A stretch of DNA of 64,000 bases from Eledone cirrhosa (Eukaryota). Below the pieces are notes generated by a model that saw only the letters and a program-made list of their open reading frames with translations, made no database searches and was not told where the DNA came from. Where the stretch lies: assembly GCA_964016885.1 (NCBI GenBank), contig OZ024740.1, positions 258,602,001 to 258,666,000 of the forward strand, in the 5' to 3' direction. The translations under genes were made by a program, and so were the position numbers. This document shows positions 24,510 to 39,918 of this stretch, piece by piece; within the stretch, counting starts at the first letter, position 1; each line of letters starts with the position of its first letter.

Positions 24510-27500
24510 AACGTCATCACCACTACCGCCAACACCATCACCACTACCACCAATACCATCACCACTACCACCAACACCATCACCACTACCACCAACACCA
24601 TCACCACTACCGCCAACACCATCACCACTACCACCAATACCATCACCACTACCACCAATACCATCACCACTACCACCAACACCATCACCACTACCACCAA
24701 TACCATCACCACTACCACCAATACCATCACCACTACCACCAACACCATCACCACTACCACCAACACCATCACCACTACCGCCAACACCATCACCACTACC
24801 ACCAATACCATCACCACTACCACCAATACCATCACCACTACCACCAACACCATCACCACTACCACCAATACCATCACCACTACCACCAAAACCATCACCA
24901 CTACCACCAACACCATCACCACTACCACCAACACCATCACCACTACCACCAACGCCATCACCACTACCACCAACGCCATCACCACTACCACTACCACCAA
25001 TACCATCACCACTACCACCAACACCATCACCACTACCACTACCACCAATACCATCACCACTACCACCAACACCATCACCACTACCAACAATACCATCACC
25101 ACTACCACCAATACCATCACCACTACCACCAACACCATCACCACTACCACCAACACCATCACCACTACCGCCAACACCATCACCACTACCACCAATACCA
25201 TCACCACTACCACCAATACCATCACCACTACCACCAACACCATCACCACTACCACCAATACCATCACCACTACCACCAATACCATCACCACTACCACCAA
25301 CACCATCACCACTACCACCAACACCATCACCACTACCACCAACGCCATCACCACTACCACCAACGCCATCACCACTACCACTACCACCAATACCATCACC
25401 ACTACCACCAACACCATCACCACTACCACTACCACCAATACCATCACCACTACCACCAACACCATCACCACTACCACCAACGCCATCACCACTACCACTA
25501 CCACCAACGCCATCACCACTACCACCAATACCATCACCACTACCACCAATACCATCACCACTACCACCAACACCATCACCACTACCACCAACACTATCAC
25601 CACTACCATCGACACCATCACCACTACCACCAACGCCATCACCACCAATACCATCACCACTACCACCAATACCATCAGCACTACCACCAACACCATCACC
25701 ACTACCACCAACACCATCACCACTACCACCAACATCATCACCACTACCACCAACACCATCACCACTACCACCAACACCATCACCACTACCACCAACACTA
25801 TCACCACTACCACCAACACCATCACCACTACCACCAACACCATCACCACTACCACCAATACCATCAGCACTACCACCAACACCATCACCACTACCACCAA
25901 CACCATCACCACTACCACCAATACCATCAGCACTACCACCAACACCATCACCACTACCACCAACACCATCACCACTACCACCAACGCCATCACCACTACC
26001 ATCGACACTATCACCACTACCACCAACACCATCACCACTACCACCAATACCATCACCACTACCACCAACACCATCACCACTACCACCAACACTATCACCA
26101 CTACCATCGACACCATCACCACTACCACCAACACCATCACCACTACCACCAACACCATCACCACTACCACCAACACCATCACCACTACCACCAACGCCAT
26201 CACCACTACCATCGACACCATCACCACTACCACCAACACCATCACCACTACCACCAACACCATCACCACTACCACCAACACCATCACCACTACCACCGAC
26301 ACTATCACCACTACCATCAAGGCCATCACCACTACCACCAACACCATCACCACTACCGCCAACACCATCACCACTAACACCGACACCATCACCACTACCA
26401 CCAACACTATCACCACTACCATCAACACCATCACCACTACCACCAACACCATCACCACTACCACCAATACCATCAGCACTACCACCAATACCATCACCAC
26501 TACCACCAACACCATCACCACTACCACCAATACCATCAGCACTACCACCAACACCATCACCACTACCACCAACACCATCACCACTACCACCAACGCCATC
26601 ACCACTACCATCGACACTATCACCACTACCACCAACACCATCACCACTACCACCAACACCATCACCACTACCACCAACACTATCACCACTACCATCGACA
26701 CCATCACCACTACCACCAACACCATCACCACTACCACCAACACCATCACCACTACCACCAACGCCATCACCACTACCATCGACACCATCACCACTACCAC
26801 CAACACCATCACCACTACCACCAACACCATCACCACTACCACCAACACCATCACCACTACCACCGACACTATCACCACTACCATCAACGCCATCACCACT
26901 ACCACCAACAACATCACCACTACCGCCAACACCATCACCACTAACACCGACACCAGCACCACTACCACCAACACTATCACCACTACCATCAACGCCATCA
27001 CCAATACCACCAACACCATCACCACTACCACCAATACCATCACCACTACCACCAACACCATCACCACTACCACCAACGCCATCACCACTACCATCGACAC
27101 CATCACCACTACCACCAACACCATCACCACTACCACCAACACCATCACCACTACCACCAACACCATCACCACTACCACCGACACTATCACCACTACCATC
27201 AACGCCATCACCACTACCACCAACACCATCACCACTACCGCCAACACCATCACCACTAACACCGACACCATCACCACTACCACCAACACTATCACCACTA
27301 CCATCAACGCCATCACCACTAACACCGACACCATCACCACTACCACCAACACTATCACCACTACCATCTACGCCATCACCACTACCACCAACACCATCAC
27401 CACTACCGCCAACACCATCACCACTAACACCGACACCATCACCACTACCACCAACACTATCACCACTACCATCAACGCCATCACCACTAACACCGACACC

Positions 27501-30500
27501 ATCACCACTACCACCAACACTATCACCACTACCATCTACGCCATCACCACTACCACCAACACCATCACCACTACCGCCAACACCATCACCACTAACACCG
27601 ACACCATCACCACTACCACCAACACCATCACCACTACCACCAACACCATCACCACTACCACCAACGCCATCACCACTACCACTACCACCAACGCCATCAC
27701 CACTACCACCAATACCATCACCACTACCACCAATACCATCACCACTACCACCAACGCCATCACCACCAATACCATCACCACTACCACCAATACCATCAGC
27801 ACTACCACCAACACCATCACCACTACCACCAACACCATCACCACTACCACCAACATCATCACCACTACCACCAACACCATCACCACTACCACCAACAATA
27901 TCACCACTACCACCAACACCATCACCACTACCACCAACACCATCACCACTACCACCAATACCATCAGCAATACCACCAACACCATCACCACTACCACCAA
28001 CACCATCACCACTACCACCAATACCATCAGCACTACCACCAACACCATCACCACTACCACCAACACCATCACCACTACCACCAACGCCATCACCACTACC
28101 ATCGACACTAACACCACTACCACCAACACCATCACCACTACCACCAATACCATCACCACTACCACCAACACCATCACCACTACCACCAACACTATCACCA
28201 CTACCATCGACACCATCACCACTACCACCAACACCATCACCACTACCACCAACACCATCACCACTACCACCAACACCATCACCACTACCACCAACGCCAT
28301 CACCACTACCATCGACACCATCACCACTACCACCAACACCATCACCACTACCACCAACACCATCACCACTACCACCAACACCATCACCACTACCACCGAC
28401 ACTATCACCACTACCATCAACGCCATCACCACTACCACCAACACCATCACCACTACCGCCAACACCATCACCACTAACACCGACACCAGCACCACTACCA
28501 CCAACACTATCACCACTACCATCTACGCCATCACCAATACCACCAACACCATCACCACTACCGCCAACACCATCACCACTAACACCGACACCATCACCAC
28601 TATCACCAACACCATCACCACTACCACCAACACCATCACCACTACCACCAACGCCATCACCACTACCACTACCACCAACGCCATCACCACTACCACCAAT
28701 ACCATCACCACTACCACCAATACCATCACCACTACCACCAATACCATCACCACTACCACCAATACCATCACCACTACCACCAAGACCATCACCACTACCA
28801 CTAACACCATCACCACTACCACCAACGCCATCACCACTACCACCAACGCCATCACCACTACCACTACCACCAATACCATCACCACTACCACCAACACCAT
28901 CACCACTACCACTACCAACAATACCATCACCACTACCACCAACACCATCACCACTACCACCAATACCATCACCACTACCACCAATACCATCACCACTACC
29001 ACCAACCCCATCACCACTACCACCAACACCATCACCACTACCACCAACGCCATCACCACTACCACCAACGCCATCACCACTACCACTACCACCAATACCA
29101 TCACCACTACCACCAACACCATCACCACTACCACTACCACCAATACCATCACCACTACCACCAACACCATCACCACTACCACCAACGCCATCACCACTAC
29201 CACTACCACCAACGCCATCACCACTACCACCAATACCATCACCACTACCACCAATACCATCACCACTACCACCAACACCATCACCACTACCACCAACACT
29301 ATCACCACTACCATCGACACCATCACCACTACCACCAACGCCATCACCACTACCATCAATACCATCACCACTACCACCAATACCATCAGCACTACCACCA
29401 ACACCATCACCACTACCACCAACACCATCACCACTACCACCAACATCATCACCACTACCACCAACACCATCACCACTACCACCAACACCATCACCACTAC
29501 CACCAACACTATCACCACTACCACCAACACCATCACCACTACCACCAACACCATCACCACTACCACCAATACCATCAGCACAACCACCAACACCATCACC
29601 ACTACCACCCACACCATCACCACTACCACCAACACCATCACCACTACCACCAACACCATCACCAGTACCACCAACGCCATCACCACTACCATCGACACCA
29701 TCACCACTACCACCAACACCATCACCACTACCACCAACACCATCACCACTACCACCAACACCATCACCACTACCACCGACACTATCACCACTACCATCAA
29801 CGCCATCACCACTACCACCAACACCATCACCACTACCGCCAACACCATCACCACTAACACCGACACCATCACCACTACCACCAACACTATCACCACTACC
29901 ATCAACGCCATCACCACTACCACCAACACCATCACCACTACCGCCAACACCATCACCACTAACACCGACACCATCACCACTACCACCAACACCATCACCA
30001 CTACCACCAACACCATCACCACTACCACCAACGCCATCACCACTACCACTACCACCAACGCCATCACCACTACCACCAACGCCATCACCACTACCACCAA
30101 CGCCATCACCACTACCACCAACGCCATCACCACTACCACCAATACCATCACCACTACCACCAACACCATCACCACTACCACCAACTGCATCACCACTACC
30201 ACCAACACCATCACCACTACCACCGACACCATCACCACTACCACCAACGCCATCACCACTACCACCAACACCATCACCACTACCACCAACACCATCACCA
30301 CTACCACCAATATCATCACCACTACCACCAACACCATCACCACTACCACCAACGCCATCACCACTACCACCAACACCATCACCACTACCACCAACGCCAT
30401 CACCACTACCACCAACACCATCACCACTACCACCAACACCATCACCACTACCACCAACGCCATCACCACTACCACCAACACCATCACCACTACCACCAAT

Positions 30501-31660
30501 ACCATCACCACTAACACCGACACCATCACCACTACCACCAACACCATCACCACTACCACCAACGCCATCACCACTACCACCAACACCATCACCACTACCA
30601 CCAACACCTTCACCACTACTACCAACACCATCGACACTACCTCCAATACCATCACCACTACCACCAACACCATCACCACTACCACCAACACCATCACCAC
30701 TACCACCAATACCATCACCACTACCACCAACACCATCACCACTACCACCAACACCATCACCACTACTACCAACACCATCGACACTACCTCCAATACCATC
30801 ACCACTACCACCAACACCATCACTACTACCACCAACGCCATCACCACTACCACCAACACCATCACCAGTACCACCAACACCATCACCACTGCCACCAACA
30901 CCATCACCACTAACACCGACACCATCACCACTACCACCAACACTATTACCACTACCATCAACGCCATCACCACTACCGCCAACACCATCACCACTACCAC
31001 CAACACCATCACCACTACCACCGACACCATCACCACTACCACCAACACCATCACCAGTACCACCAACACCATCACCACTGCCACCAACACCATCACCACC
31101 AACACCGACACCATCACCACTACCACCAACACTATCACCACTACCATCAACGCCATCACCACTACCACCAACACCATCACCACTGCCACCAACACCATCA
31201 CCACTAACACCGACACCATCACCATTACCATCGACACCATCACCACTACCACCAACACCATCACCACTACCACCAACACCATCACCACTACCACCAACAC
31301 CATCACCACTACCACCAACACCATCACCACTACCACCAACACCATCACCACTACCACCAATACCATCACCACTACCACCTACACCATCACCACTACCACC
31401 AACACCATCACCACTACCACCAACACCATCACCACTACCACCAACACCATCACCACTACCACCAACACCATCACCACTACCACCAACACCATCACCACTA
31501 CCACCAACACCATCACCACTACCACCAACACCATCACCACTACCACCAACACCATCACCACTACCACCAACACCATCACCACTACCACCAACACCATCAC
31601 CACTACCACCAACACCATCACCACTACCACCAACACCATCACCACTACCACCAACACCAT
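24510..31660. repeat. 21-bp minisatellite (ACCATCACCACTACCACCAAC)n, about 340 units
   Basis: Direct periodicity, with variant 15-bp and 27-bp units and recurring blocks of variants. Confidence 0.97.
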
Positions 31661-31914
31661 TCAAATGAAGTAAAGTGAAATTCTCTTTCAATTTTTTGAA
31701 ATTATGAAATTGTTGAGAGTTGGAAATCTGGTGATAGTGGTGGTGGGGATGATGGGGGGCATGGTGGTGGGGATGTGGGGGGAGGGGTGTTCCTGATGGT
31801 GAGAGAACTGAATGTACGTGTGTTCGTAGTGGGGTGGAGTCGGTGACGAAGTGAGCGTGTTCTTGTGATTTGAGGTTGGTTATGGAGTGAGGTTGGTGCT
31901 GAGGTGAAATGCTG

Positions 31915-32346
31915 TTTTGATGGTGGTGGTAATGGTGATGGTGAGGGCAGTGGTGGCGGTGGTGATGGTGGTGGTGTTGGTGGTGGTGTTGGTGGTGGTG
32001 GTGGCTAGGTGGTAGTAGTTGTGCTGGTGCTTGTGGAGGCTAGGTGGTAGTAATGGTGCTGGTGGTAGTGATGGTGGTGGTGGTGATAGTGGTGGTGATA
32101 GTGGTGGTGGTGGTAGTGGTAGTGGTGGTGGGGGCGGGGGTGGTAGTGGTGGTGGTGGTAGTGGTAGTGATAGTGGTGCTGGTGGTAGTAGTTGTGGTGG
32201 TGGTGGTGGTAGTGGTGGTGGTAGTGGTGGTGGTGGTGGTAGTGGTGGTAGTGTTGGTGGTGGTGGTGGTGCTGATAGTGGTGCTGCTGGTAGTGGTAGA
32301 GGTGGTGGTGGTAGTAGTGGTGGTGGTGGTGGTGGTAGTGTTGGTA
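31915..32346. repeat. Degenerate (GGT)n low-complexity tract
   Basis: Seen directly. Confidence 0.9.
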
Positions 32347-32573
32347 GAATTTTCGTAAACGTTCGATGTTAGTATTATTGCGCTTTGATTCAGTGTATAT
32401 GGGGAGGGAGAGAGTTATATCATGAATGTCTCATAATATCCAGTTGTGATTTTATGGGACATGGCACAAAGAAATGTAAAAGACATCATGGTATAATACA
32501 TACATTCATATCCTTTTGTGTGTGTATGAATGTATTTTATTTATAGATGTATGTACGCATGATATATATATAT

Positions 32574-33345
32574 AATTCAAATTTAAACGATATATTTATA
32601 AAGGTAGAAAGAGTCATATATCATTTGAGAAACAGAGTATATTGTACACATATGTAATACAAATAATTGTTTCTACTTTTGACACAAGGCCAGCAATTAT
32701 TCCAGTGTATTACTGGTACTTATTTTATCGACCCCGTAAGGATGAAAGGCAAAGTTAACCTCGACGGGATTTGAGCCCAGACCATAAAGGGCCGTAACTC
32801 TTTGCTGCAAAGCATGGCGTCTGACCCTCTACCGATACTGCCAATCCACCGCCCAATGTAATACAAATAATATTCAGGAAATAGATAAATACTTAAGGGG
32901 GAAAAAGCTAGATTTCCTGACAGTAACGTTTCGTAGTACAAGAGACGCCGGCTAATTAAAAATCGATCTAAGCAATCGATTATCGATTTAAAGACAATTC
33001 CTCTGATGAGTAGGTCCTTGCCTTCCTTTGCTTTTACCGGAATTGATAGAAGGTTATTGATAATTTATTGCTGAGATTGATTTTCATTTTACTGGCATCT
33101 CTTAGACAGCCAAATAGTGCTGTCAGGAAATCTAGCTGTTTCCACCTTAAGTGTGTATTTTTGTATTTTTTTCCTGAATATCATTTGTATTATATATGTT
33201 CTCAAATGATATATGACTCTTTCTACCTTTATAAATATATCTTTTAAATTTGAATTATTGATGCTCTGAACTAAGGTCCATTAAGCTTATTTAGAAAGGA
33301 ACATCGTTATCATACATTGTATGTTCCTTTCTAAATAAGCTTTTT
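32574..33345 (+). mobile_element. Fold-back PLE pLTR-like fragment with degenerate HHR, interrupted by a SINE
   Basis: 32574-32930 (minus the SINE) is an inverted copy of ~33115-33257. CTGATGAGTAG at ~33003, and CTACGAAACgttactGTCaggaa on the minus strand of the left arm. (TA)n flanks. Confidence 0.7.
32668..32855 (-). mobile_element. tRNA-type SINE, full length, with TSD
   Basis: Near-identical to 23037-23220. TSD atgtaatacaaataat at 32652-32667 and 32856-32871. Confidence 0.9.
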
Positions 33346-33369
33346 GCTACAATATTTTCTATACCTTTC

Positions 33370-33444
<75 letters not shown>

Positions 33445-33445
<1 letters not shown>

Positions 33446-33536
33446 ATTGTTTCTGTTTTAGGCACAAGGCCAGCAATTACTCAGTACATTACTGGTACTT
33501 TATTTTATCGACCCCGTAAGGATGAAAGGCAAAGTT
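33445..33536 (-). mobile_element. 5'-truncated SINE in (TA)n
   Basis: Core and tail of the same family. Further partial copies at ~47698-47800 (-), 54964-55051 (-) and 63148-63218 (+). Confidence 0.8.
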
Positions 33537-33541
33537 ATATA

Positions 33542-33693
<152 letters not shown>

Positions 33694-33861
33694 TGGCAAC
33701 ATAACCCTCCCAAAGTATAACAATATATATATATATATATATATATTGTTATACTTTGGGAGGGTTATGTTGGCAATATATATATAGCAAAATTGCACAC
33801 GAAATATCGAAATACGAGGGGAAAATGAACAGAAGCATCATACACACACAGATATATAACT

Positions 33862-33938
<77 letters not shown>

Positions 33939-34101
33939 TGTGTGCGTGTGTGTATATATATATATATATATAGCAGTTGAAACGGCAAGACTCTTGCCGT
34001 CAGGTCCGGACTCATTATCAAATATCCATACTCTACTACCCCAAGTATTGAGTACTCTGTTGAGTAATGGTCTAATCAATTTCAAACTGAATTCATCCTG
34101 A

Positions 34102-34170
<69 letters not shown>

Positions 34171-34293
34171 GTTATTCCGGGTTGAATCGGAGGTAACCAC
34201 AGTAAGTAAGGTACTCAATACATAGCAGAGTATAACAGTTTTAATATAGAAGAGATTCTACAGGACTAGAACTGTTTCATTCATTAGAAATGT

Positions 34294-34342
34294 GATTCCT
34301 GATGATTTCTAATGAATGAAACAGTTCTAGTCCTGTAGAATC
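34294..34342 (+). ncRNA. Minimal type I hammerhead ribozyme inside a ~55-bp-arm hairpin
   Basis: gattc-CTGATGA-t-ttc taat gaa-t-GAA-ACAG ttctagtc CTGT-A-gaatc: stems I, II and III present, GUA cleavage triplet. Confidence 0.75.
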
Positions 34343-34355
34343 TCTTCTATATTAA

Positions 34356-34401
<46 letters not shown>

Positions 34402-35639
34402 ATATATATATTTATATATATATATATGTGTGTGTGTGTGTATACCGATATATATATGTATGTGTGTGTGTATTGTAGTGTATATATTCTTGCTCCAATC
34501 TGAGAGGAGGTGTGTATCAGTGTTTGATTAATTGGGGTGTTGTGTGGGCTGTATTGTCAATGTGTTACCCGGAGTGAGGCGGCGAGAGAGTGGGGCGGGA
34601 ATACACAAGTGTTAAGCATGGGGGTATGTTTTTTCAAATTAGCCATATTACCGTTTAGGTGAGACAATGTTATTAACGACTGTGATTTTATGACGACGCT
34701 CCTATAATGACTCTCACCAATAATCAACTTACATAGAGTCAGTGACACCAAGTGACAATCCATAAAGGTGACCAGAATGACGCCACCGACGATGCTGCTG
34801 CTGCTGCTGCTGCTGCTGGTGATGATGATGGTGATGATGATGATTTTGGTGCTGTTGTTGTTCTTCGTCTTAATGTTGGTGGTTGTAGTGACGGTGGTAA
34901 TGGTGGAGGTGGTTGTGGTTCTGGTGGTAGTGTTTGTAGTAGTGTAGGTCGACGAAGGGGTGGTGTTGGGGGTGGTGGTGGTGGTGGTGGTGGTGGCGGG
35001 GGTGACGGTGCCATGCTGATAATAATGAGGTGATAATAATAGTGATGATGATGGCGATGTTTACGAGGGTGAGAATGATAATCATCATCATAATTAAAGC
35101 AATAATGATGATGATGGCGATGATGATGATGATAGTGATGTTCCCGATAATGACAATGACGATGGTGATAATAATTGTCATCAGCATCACTATCATCATC
35201 AACTCTACTAATATTATCAGCAATATCTTCCTCACAACAACCACCACCACTACTAACATGGTCACATGGTCAACATCATCATCGTCATCACCAGCATCAT
35301 GTATATGGTACAAAACATCGCACTTGCACGCGCAATATACACACGGACACACATTTGCACACATATATGCATACGAACAGAGAAAAACACACATATTTAC
35401 GCATACATACACACATATTAATATGTGCATGTGTTTACTCTTGTGTGTGTAAACACACGTGTACATATAGGCGATCACATACACTCAGGTATATATAGAG
35501 AGATAAGTTTGGGAGATACCAGTTTAAACAAGGACAACTATTGTTTAACTTAATAAAAATGTAGATAGTAAGTAATGAGAAACTGTTCGCTGTAGCTCAT
35601 ACATGTATGTCTATATATATATATATATATATATATTTA

Positions 35640-37065
35640 TTCAGGTTTGAGGTTCACCACTGTATAGAGCTGGTCTATTCCGTATGGTCAATCGTAATGC
35701 AATAATATAGAGAGTACTCAACGTAAGGCAGTTCAACCGTCTTTGTTTTTGTAGTTGGTGGTGCTATTACGGAGTTAAATATTATAATGAAATGACAGGA
35801 GGCTGGATTTGTGTAAATCCTTGAAAGGTTTATTATACTATGATCATTTCAATGACGGGGTTCCGTATGACGGAACCCGGTTTTGTGTATGATTTGTTTT
35901 TTAGAAAAGTAGATGATGGCGCGCGTCTACCTGAAATGGAAAAAAAAACGTTTTGTAAAAAGAGCATTGCGCACGTGCGTAAGCATGAGTGTGTGTATGT
36001 GTGTGTGTGTGTGTGTGGGGTGTGTGTGTGTGTGGGGGGGGGGTTATTATAGGTCCGTACGAAGCTAAGAAGAGATATGTGTGTATATGTGCGTAAAAGA
36101 GTGTGTGTGCATGTAAGTACGAAGTTATGAGCAAAGAGAAAGCGATAGGAATCTAGGGGTGTGATAATGGACGGGGTATTAGAGAAATTAGGGAGGTGAG
36201 TTGAGTCCAAGAGGGGAATAGGACCCAAGACGATGAATCAGACTTTGTTCAGTCCTGGTGCGCGAGGCCTGTGTTCCATGATGTAAAAGGACACCCAGGA
36301 CTGAAACATGTAGGGAAGAATGACCTGGAGAACAGAAATGACGGGCGACAGGCGTATCCAAACCGAGTCGTATGTCCCTCAAATGTTCGGCAAAGCGGTC
36401 CCCCATACGGCGTCCCGTTTGTCCGATATAAAAGGGAACATCGGAGGGCATAGACAACATGGGTGGATATGCAGGTGAAGGAATGGCGGATACGGAAAGA
36501 CCCGTTAGGGCCTGTAAGAGTGGTGAGGGTGGAAATAAATGGACAAGTGTTGCAGCAGGAACGGGAACAAGGATGAGAGCCGGGTGGAGTCTTGGGAAAG
36601 GACGAAAAAGAACTACGAACTAGGAGGACGCGGAGGTTTCGGGCGCGCTTAAAAGCAGTTATGGGTGAGTTTGGAAAAAAGCGAGAAGTGACGGGGCCAG
36701 AAGAGAGGATACGGAAGGAACGGTGCTTATGTCACCGGAGTGGTAGGATGTTGGGGTGGTAGGTGAGAGGGAAAGGAACACGGGTGTTGGGAGGGCGAGG
36801 GTGAGGTGAGAGGGCTGTGGTGCGGTCTGTTTCACGGGCCCGGGTGAGAGTAGCTTGGATCAAGTTGAGGGGGGGGGGGGTATCCACGCTGGATGAAGCA
36901 TGAAGCCATGCGAAGGGAATGGGTTTCGAAATCGTCGTCCTGGCTACAGAGTCGACGAAGACGGAGGAATTGGGAGTAGACTATGGAGTGTTTGGTGTGG
37001 CTTGGATGGGAGGAGGTGGAGTCGAGATAAGATTGGGAGTCTGTTGGTTTAATGTAGAGACGGTG
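35640..37065 (-). mobile_element. Penelope-like element 3' part (Neptune-type: thumb, Cys linker, GIY-YIG), degraded
   Basis: HSIVYSQFLRLRRLCSQDDDF..FIQRGY, PCSRSCCNTCPF, YIGQTGRRMGDRFAEHLRDI..PVARHF..EQSLIHRLGSYSPLGLN (36188-36460). Confidence 0.85.
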
Positions 37066-37898
37066 TGGTGAGAGTGATTAATATAGTGGTAGAACACTGG
37101 AAGGTAATATCCGTAGTGGTAGAGCACTCAGTCCATGGGACGGGTTAGGTAGAAGTGGTTACACAACAATTGTTCTCGGTATGGTGAACTAACTGTTGTG
37201 TAACCACTTATATATATATATATATATATATATAGGAGTACTGTGATCCTTGCGATTTCGAGATATACAACCACTGACACTGTTACGAAGACCAGAAAAC
37301 CATACTCCATAATATTGAACCAAGTGATTGATTTGTGCGACCAAAATAACACCACACACATATTGAACTAGGAATATTGGATCCTCCGTCAATGTCTGGG
37401 TGAGCAAAAATAGATTTCTATCTGCATTGGAATTTACGAACTTGTGCATCTGCTGTGGTGTCAAAAACAAACGCACATGACCGCACAGATAAACAATGGA
37501 CTATGCCACGTGGATTGAATCCGTAAGTGAATTGAAGGTTCTGTAACTCTGATATACAGATTATTTATTATTAAGATGTATAAACTTGACATAACTATTA
37601 TCATCTTATATTCTCTCAACTAATCACATTTGATCATATTTCTCTATCCCGTTTTCTCCCCTCATAATTATAAAATCAATTAAATTAAAAATGTACATCC
37701 ACATATGTATACTGAAATACTAGTATGCATATGAATACACACACGTGTACATATGTAGATGTACCGAGTTTTTCACTGGACACTTTACTGTGAGTGTCCA
37801 GCTATTCTGTATGTAAACACACAGACAAACCGGTTTTTAGAGTCATACTGGTTTTCGAGGAAACACCTTTCCTCTATTCTCCAGAAAGCCAGACAAGG

Positions 37899-37943
37899 AA
37901 TATTGGACTAGTTTCGATGTTGTTACATCTCATCAGCAATATT
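37899..37943 (-). ncRNA. Type I hammerhead ribozyme (array unit 1)
   Basis: Reverse complement reads aatattg-CTGATGA-gatgt aaca acatc-GAA-AC ta GT-C-caatatt. Confidence 0.88.
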
Positions 37944-38364
37944 TACCTATCTTCCGGCCTTTCTAGAGAATCGTAAAAGCACATATCGTTATATGCTTTT
38001 TCTATGAAAATTAGTAGTGGGCAGACTAATTTGCATAGAGCGTGAGTACGTACCGGTTCAGCGGAGACGATAAAAACAAATAACGAAACGAAATTAAATT
38101 TCGTTTCGTTTGTAACTCACTTTTGTATGACTGACGCTTAAACAATTAAATTAAAAATGTACATCCACATATGTATACTGAAATACTAGTATGCATATGA
38201 ATACACACACGTGTACATATGTAGATGTACCGAGTTTTTCACTGGACACTTTACTGTGAGTGTCCAGCTATTCTGTATGTAAACACACAGACAAACCGGT
38301 TTTTAGAGTCATACTGGTTTTCGAGGAAACACCTTTCCTCTATTCTCCAGAAAGCCAGACAAGG

Positions 38365-38409
38365 AATATTGGACTAGTTTCGATGTTGTTACATCTCATC
38401 AGCAATATT
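38365..38409 (-). ncRNA. Type I hammerhead ribozyme (array unit 2)
   Basis: Same sequence as unit 1, +466. Confidence 0.88.
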
Positions 38410-38830
38410 TACCTATCTTCCGGCCTTTCTAGAGAATCGTAAAAGCACATATCGTTATATGCTTTTTCTATGAAAATTAGTAGTGGGCAGACTAATTTGC
38501 ATAGAGCGTGAGTACGTACCGGTTCAGCGGAGACGATAAAAACAAATAACGAAACGAAATTAAATTTCGTTTCGTTTGTAACTCACTTTTGTATGACTGA
38601 CGCTTAAACAATTAAATTAAAAATGTACATCCACATATGTATACTGAAATACTAGTATGCATATGAATACACACACGTGTACATATGTAGATGTACCGAG
38701 TTTTTCACTGGACACTTTACTGTGAGTGTCCAGCTATTCTGTATGTAAACACACAGACAAACCGGTTTTTAGAGTCATACTGGTTTTCGAGGAAACACCT
38801 TTCCTCTATTCTCCAGAAAGCCAGACAAGG

Positions 38831-38875
38831 AATATTGGACTAGTTTCGATGTTGTTACATCTCATCAGCAATATT
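38831..38875 (-). ncRNA. Type I hammerhead ribozyme (array unit 3)
   Basis: Same sequence, +932. Confidence 0.88.
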
Positions 38876-39296
38876 TACCTATCTTCCGGCCTTTCTAGAG
38901 AATCGTAAAAGCACATATCGTTATATGCTTTTTCTATGAAAATTAGTAGTGGGCAGACTAATTTGCATAGAGCGTGAGTACGTACCGGTTCAGCGGAGAC
39001 GATAAAAACAAATAACGAAACGAAATTAAATTTCGTTTCGTTTGTAACTCACTTTTGTATGACTGACGCTTAAACAATTAAATTAAAAATGTACATCCAC
39101 ATATGTATACTGAAATACTAGTATGCATATGAATACACACACGTGTACATATGTAGATGTACCGAGTTTTTCACTGGACACTTTACTGTGAGTGTCCAGC
39201 TATTCTGTATGTAAACACACAGACAAACCGGTTTTTAGAGTCATACTGGTTTTCGAGGAAACACCTTTCCTCTATTCTCCAGAAAGCCAGACAAGG

Positions 39297-39341
39297 AATA
39301 TTGGACTAGTTTCGATGTTGTTACATCTCATCAGCAATATT
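39297..39341 (-). ncRNA. Type I hammerhead ribozyme (array unit 4)
   Basis: Same sequence, +1398. Confidence 0.88.
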
Positions 39342-39873
39342 TACCTATCTTCCGGCCTTTCTAGAGAATCGTAAAAGCACATATCGTTATATGCTTTTTC
39401 TATGAAAATTAGTAGTGGGCAGACTAATTTGCATAGAGCGTGAGTACGTACCGGTTCAGCGGAGACGATAAAAACAAATAACGAAACGAAATTAAATTTC
39501 GTTTCGTTTGTAACTCACTTTTGTATGACTGACGCTTAAACAATTAAATTAAAAATGTACATCCACATATGTATACTGAAATACTAGTATGCATATGAAT
39601 ACACACACGTGTACATATGTAGATGTACCGAGTTTTTCACTGGACACTTTACTGTGAGTGTCCAGCTATTCTGTATGTAAACACACAGACAAACCGACAA
39701 ACACACAGACAAACGAAATTTAATTTCGTTTCGTTATTTGTTTTTATCGTCTCCGCTGAACCGGTACGTACTCACGCTCTATGCAAATTAGTCTGCCCAC
39801 TACTAATTTTCATAGAAAAAGCATATAACGATATGTGCTTTTACGATTCTCTAGAAAGGCCGGAAGATAGGTA

Positions 39874-39918
39874 AATATTGCTGATGAGATGTAACAACAT
39901 CGAAACTAGTCCAATATT
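39874..39918 (+). ncRNA. Type I hammerhead ribozyme (inverted arm, unit 5)
   Basis: aatattgCTGATGAgatgtaacaacatcGAAACtaGTCcaatatt, predicted cleavage after 39911. Confidence 0.9.

Noticed and set aside
24309-31691. 2460-aa Gly-rich and 2417-aa extensin-like ORFs, plus poly-Val ORFs
   Set aside because: Translations of a 21-bp minisatellite that lacks stops in these frames. No signal peptide, unique domain or supported splice sites.
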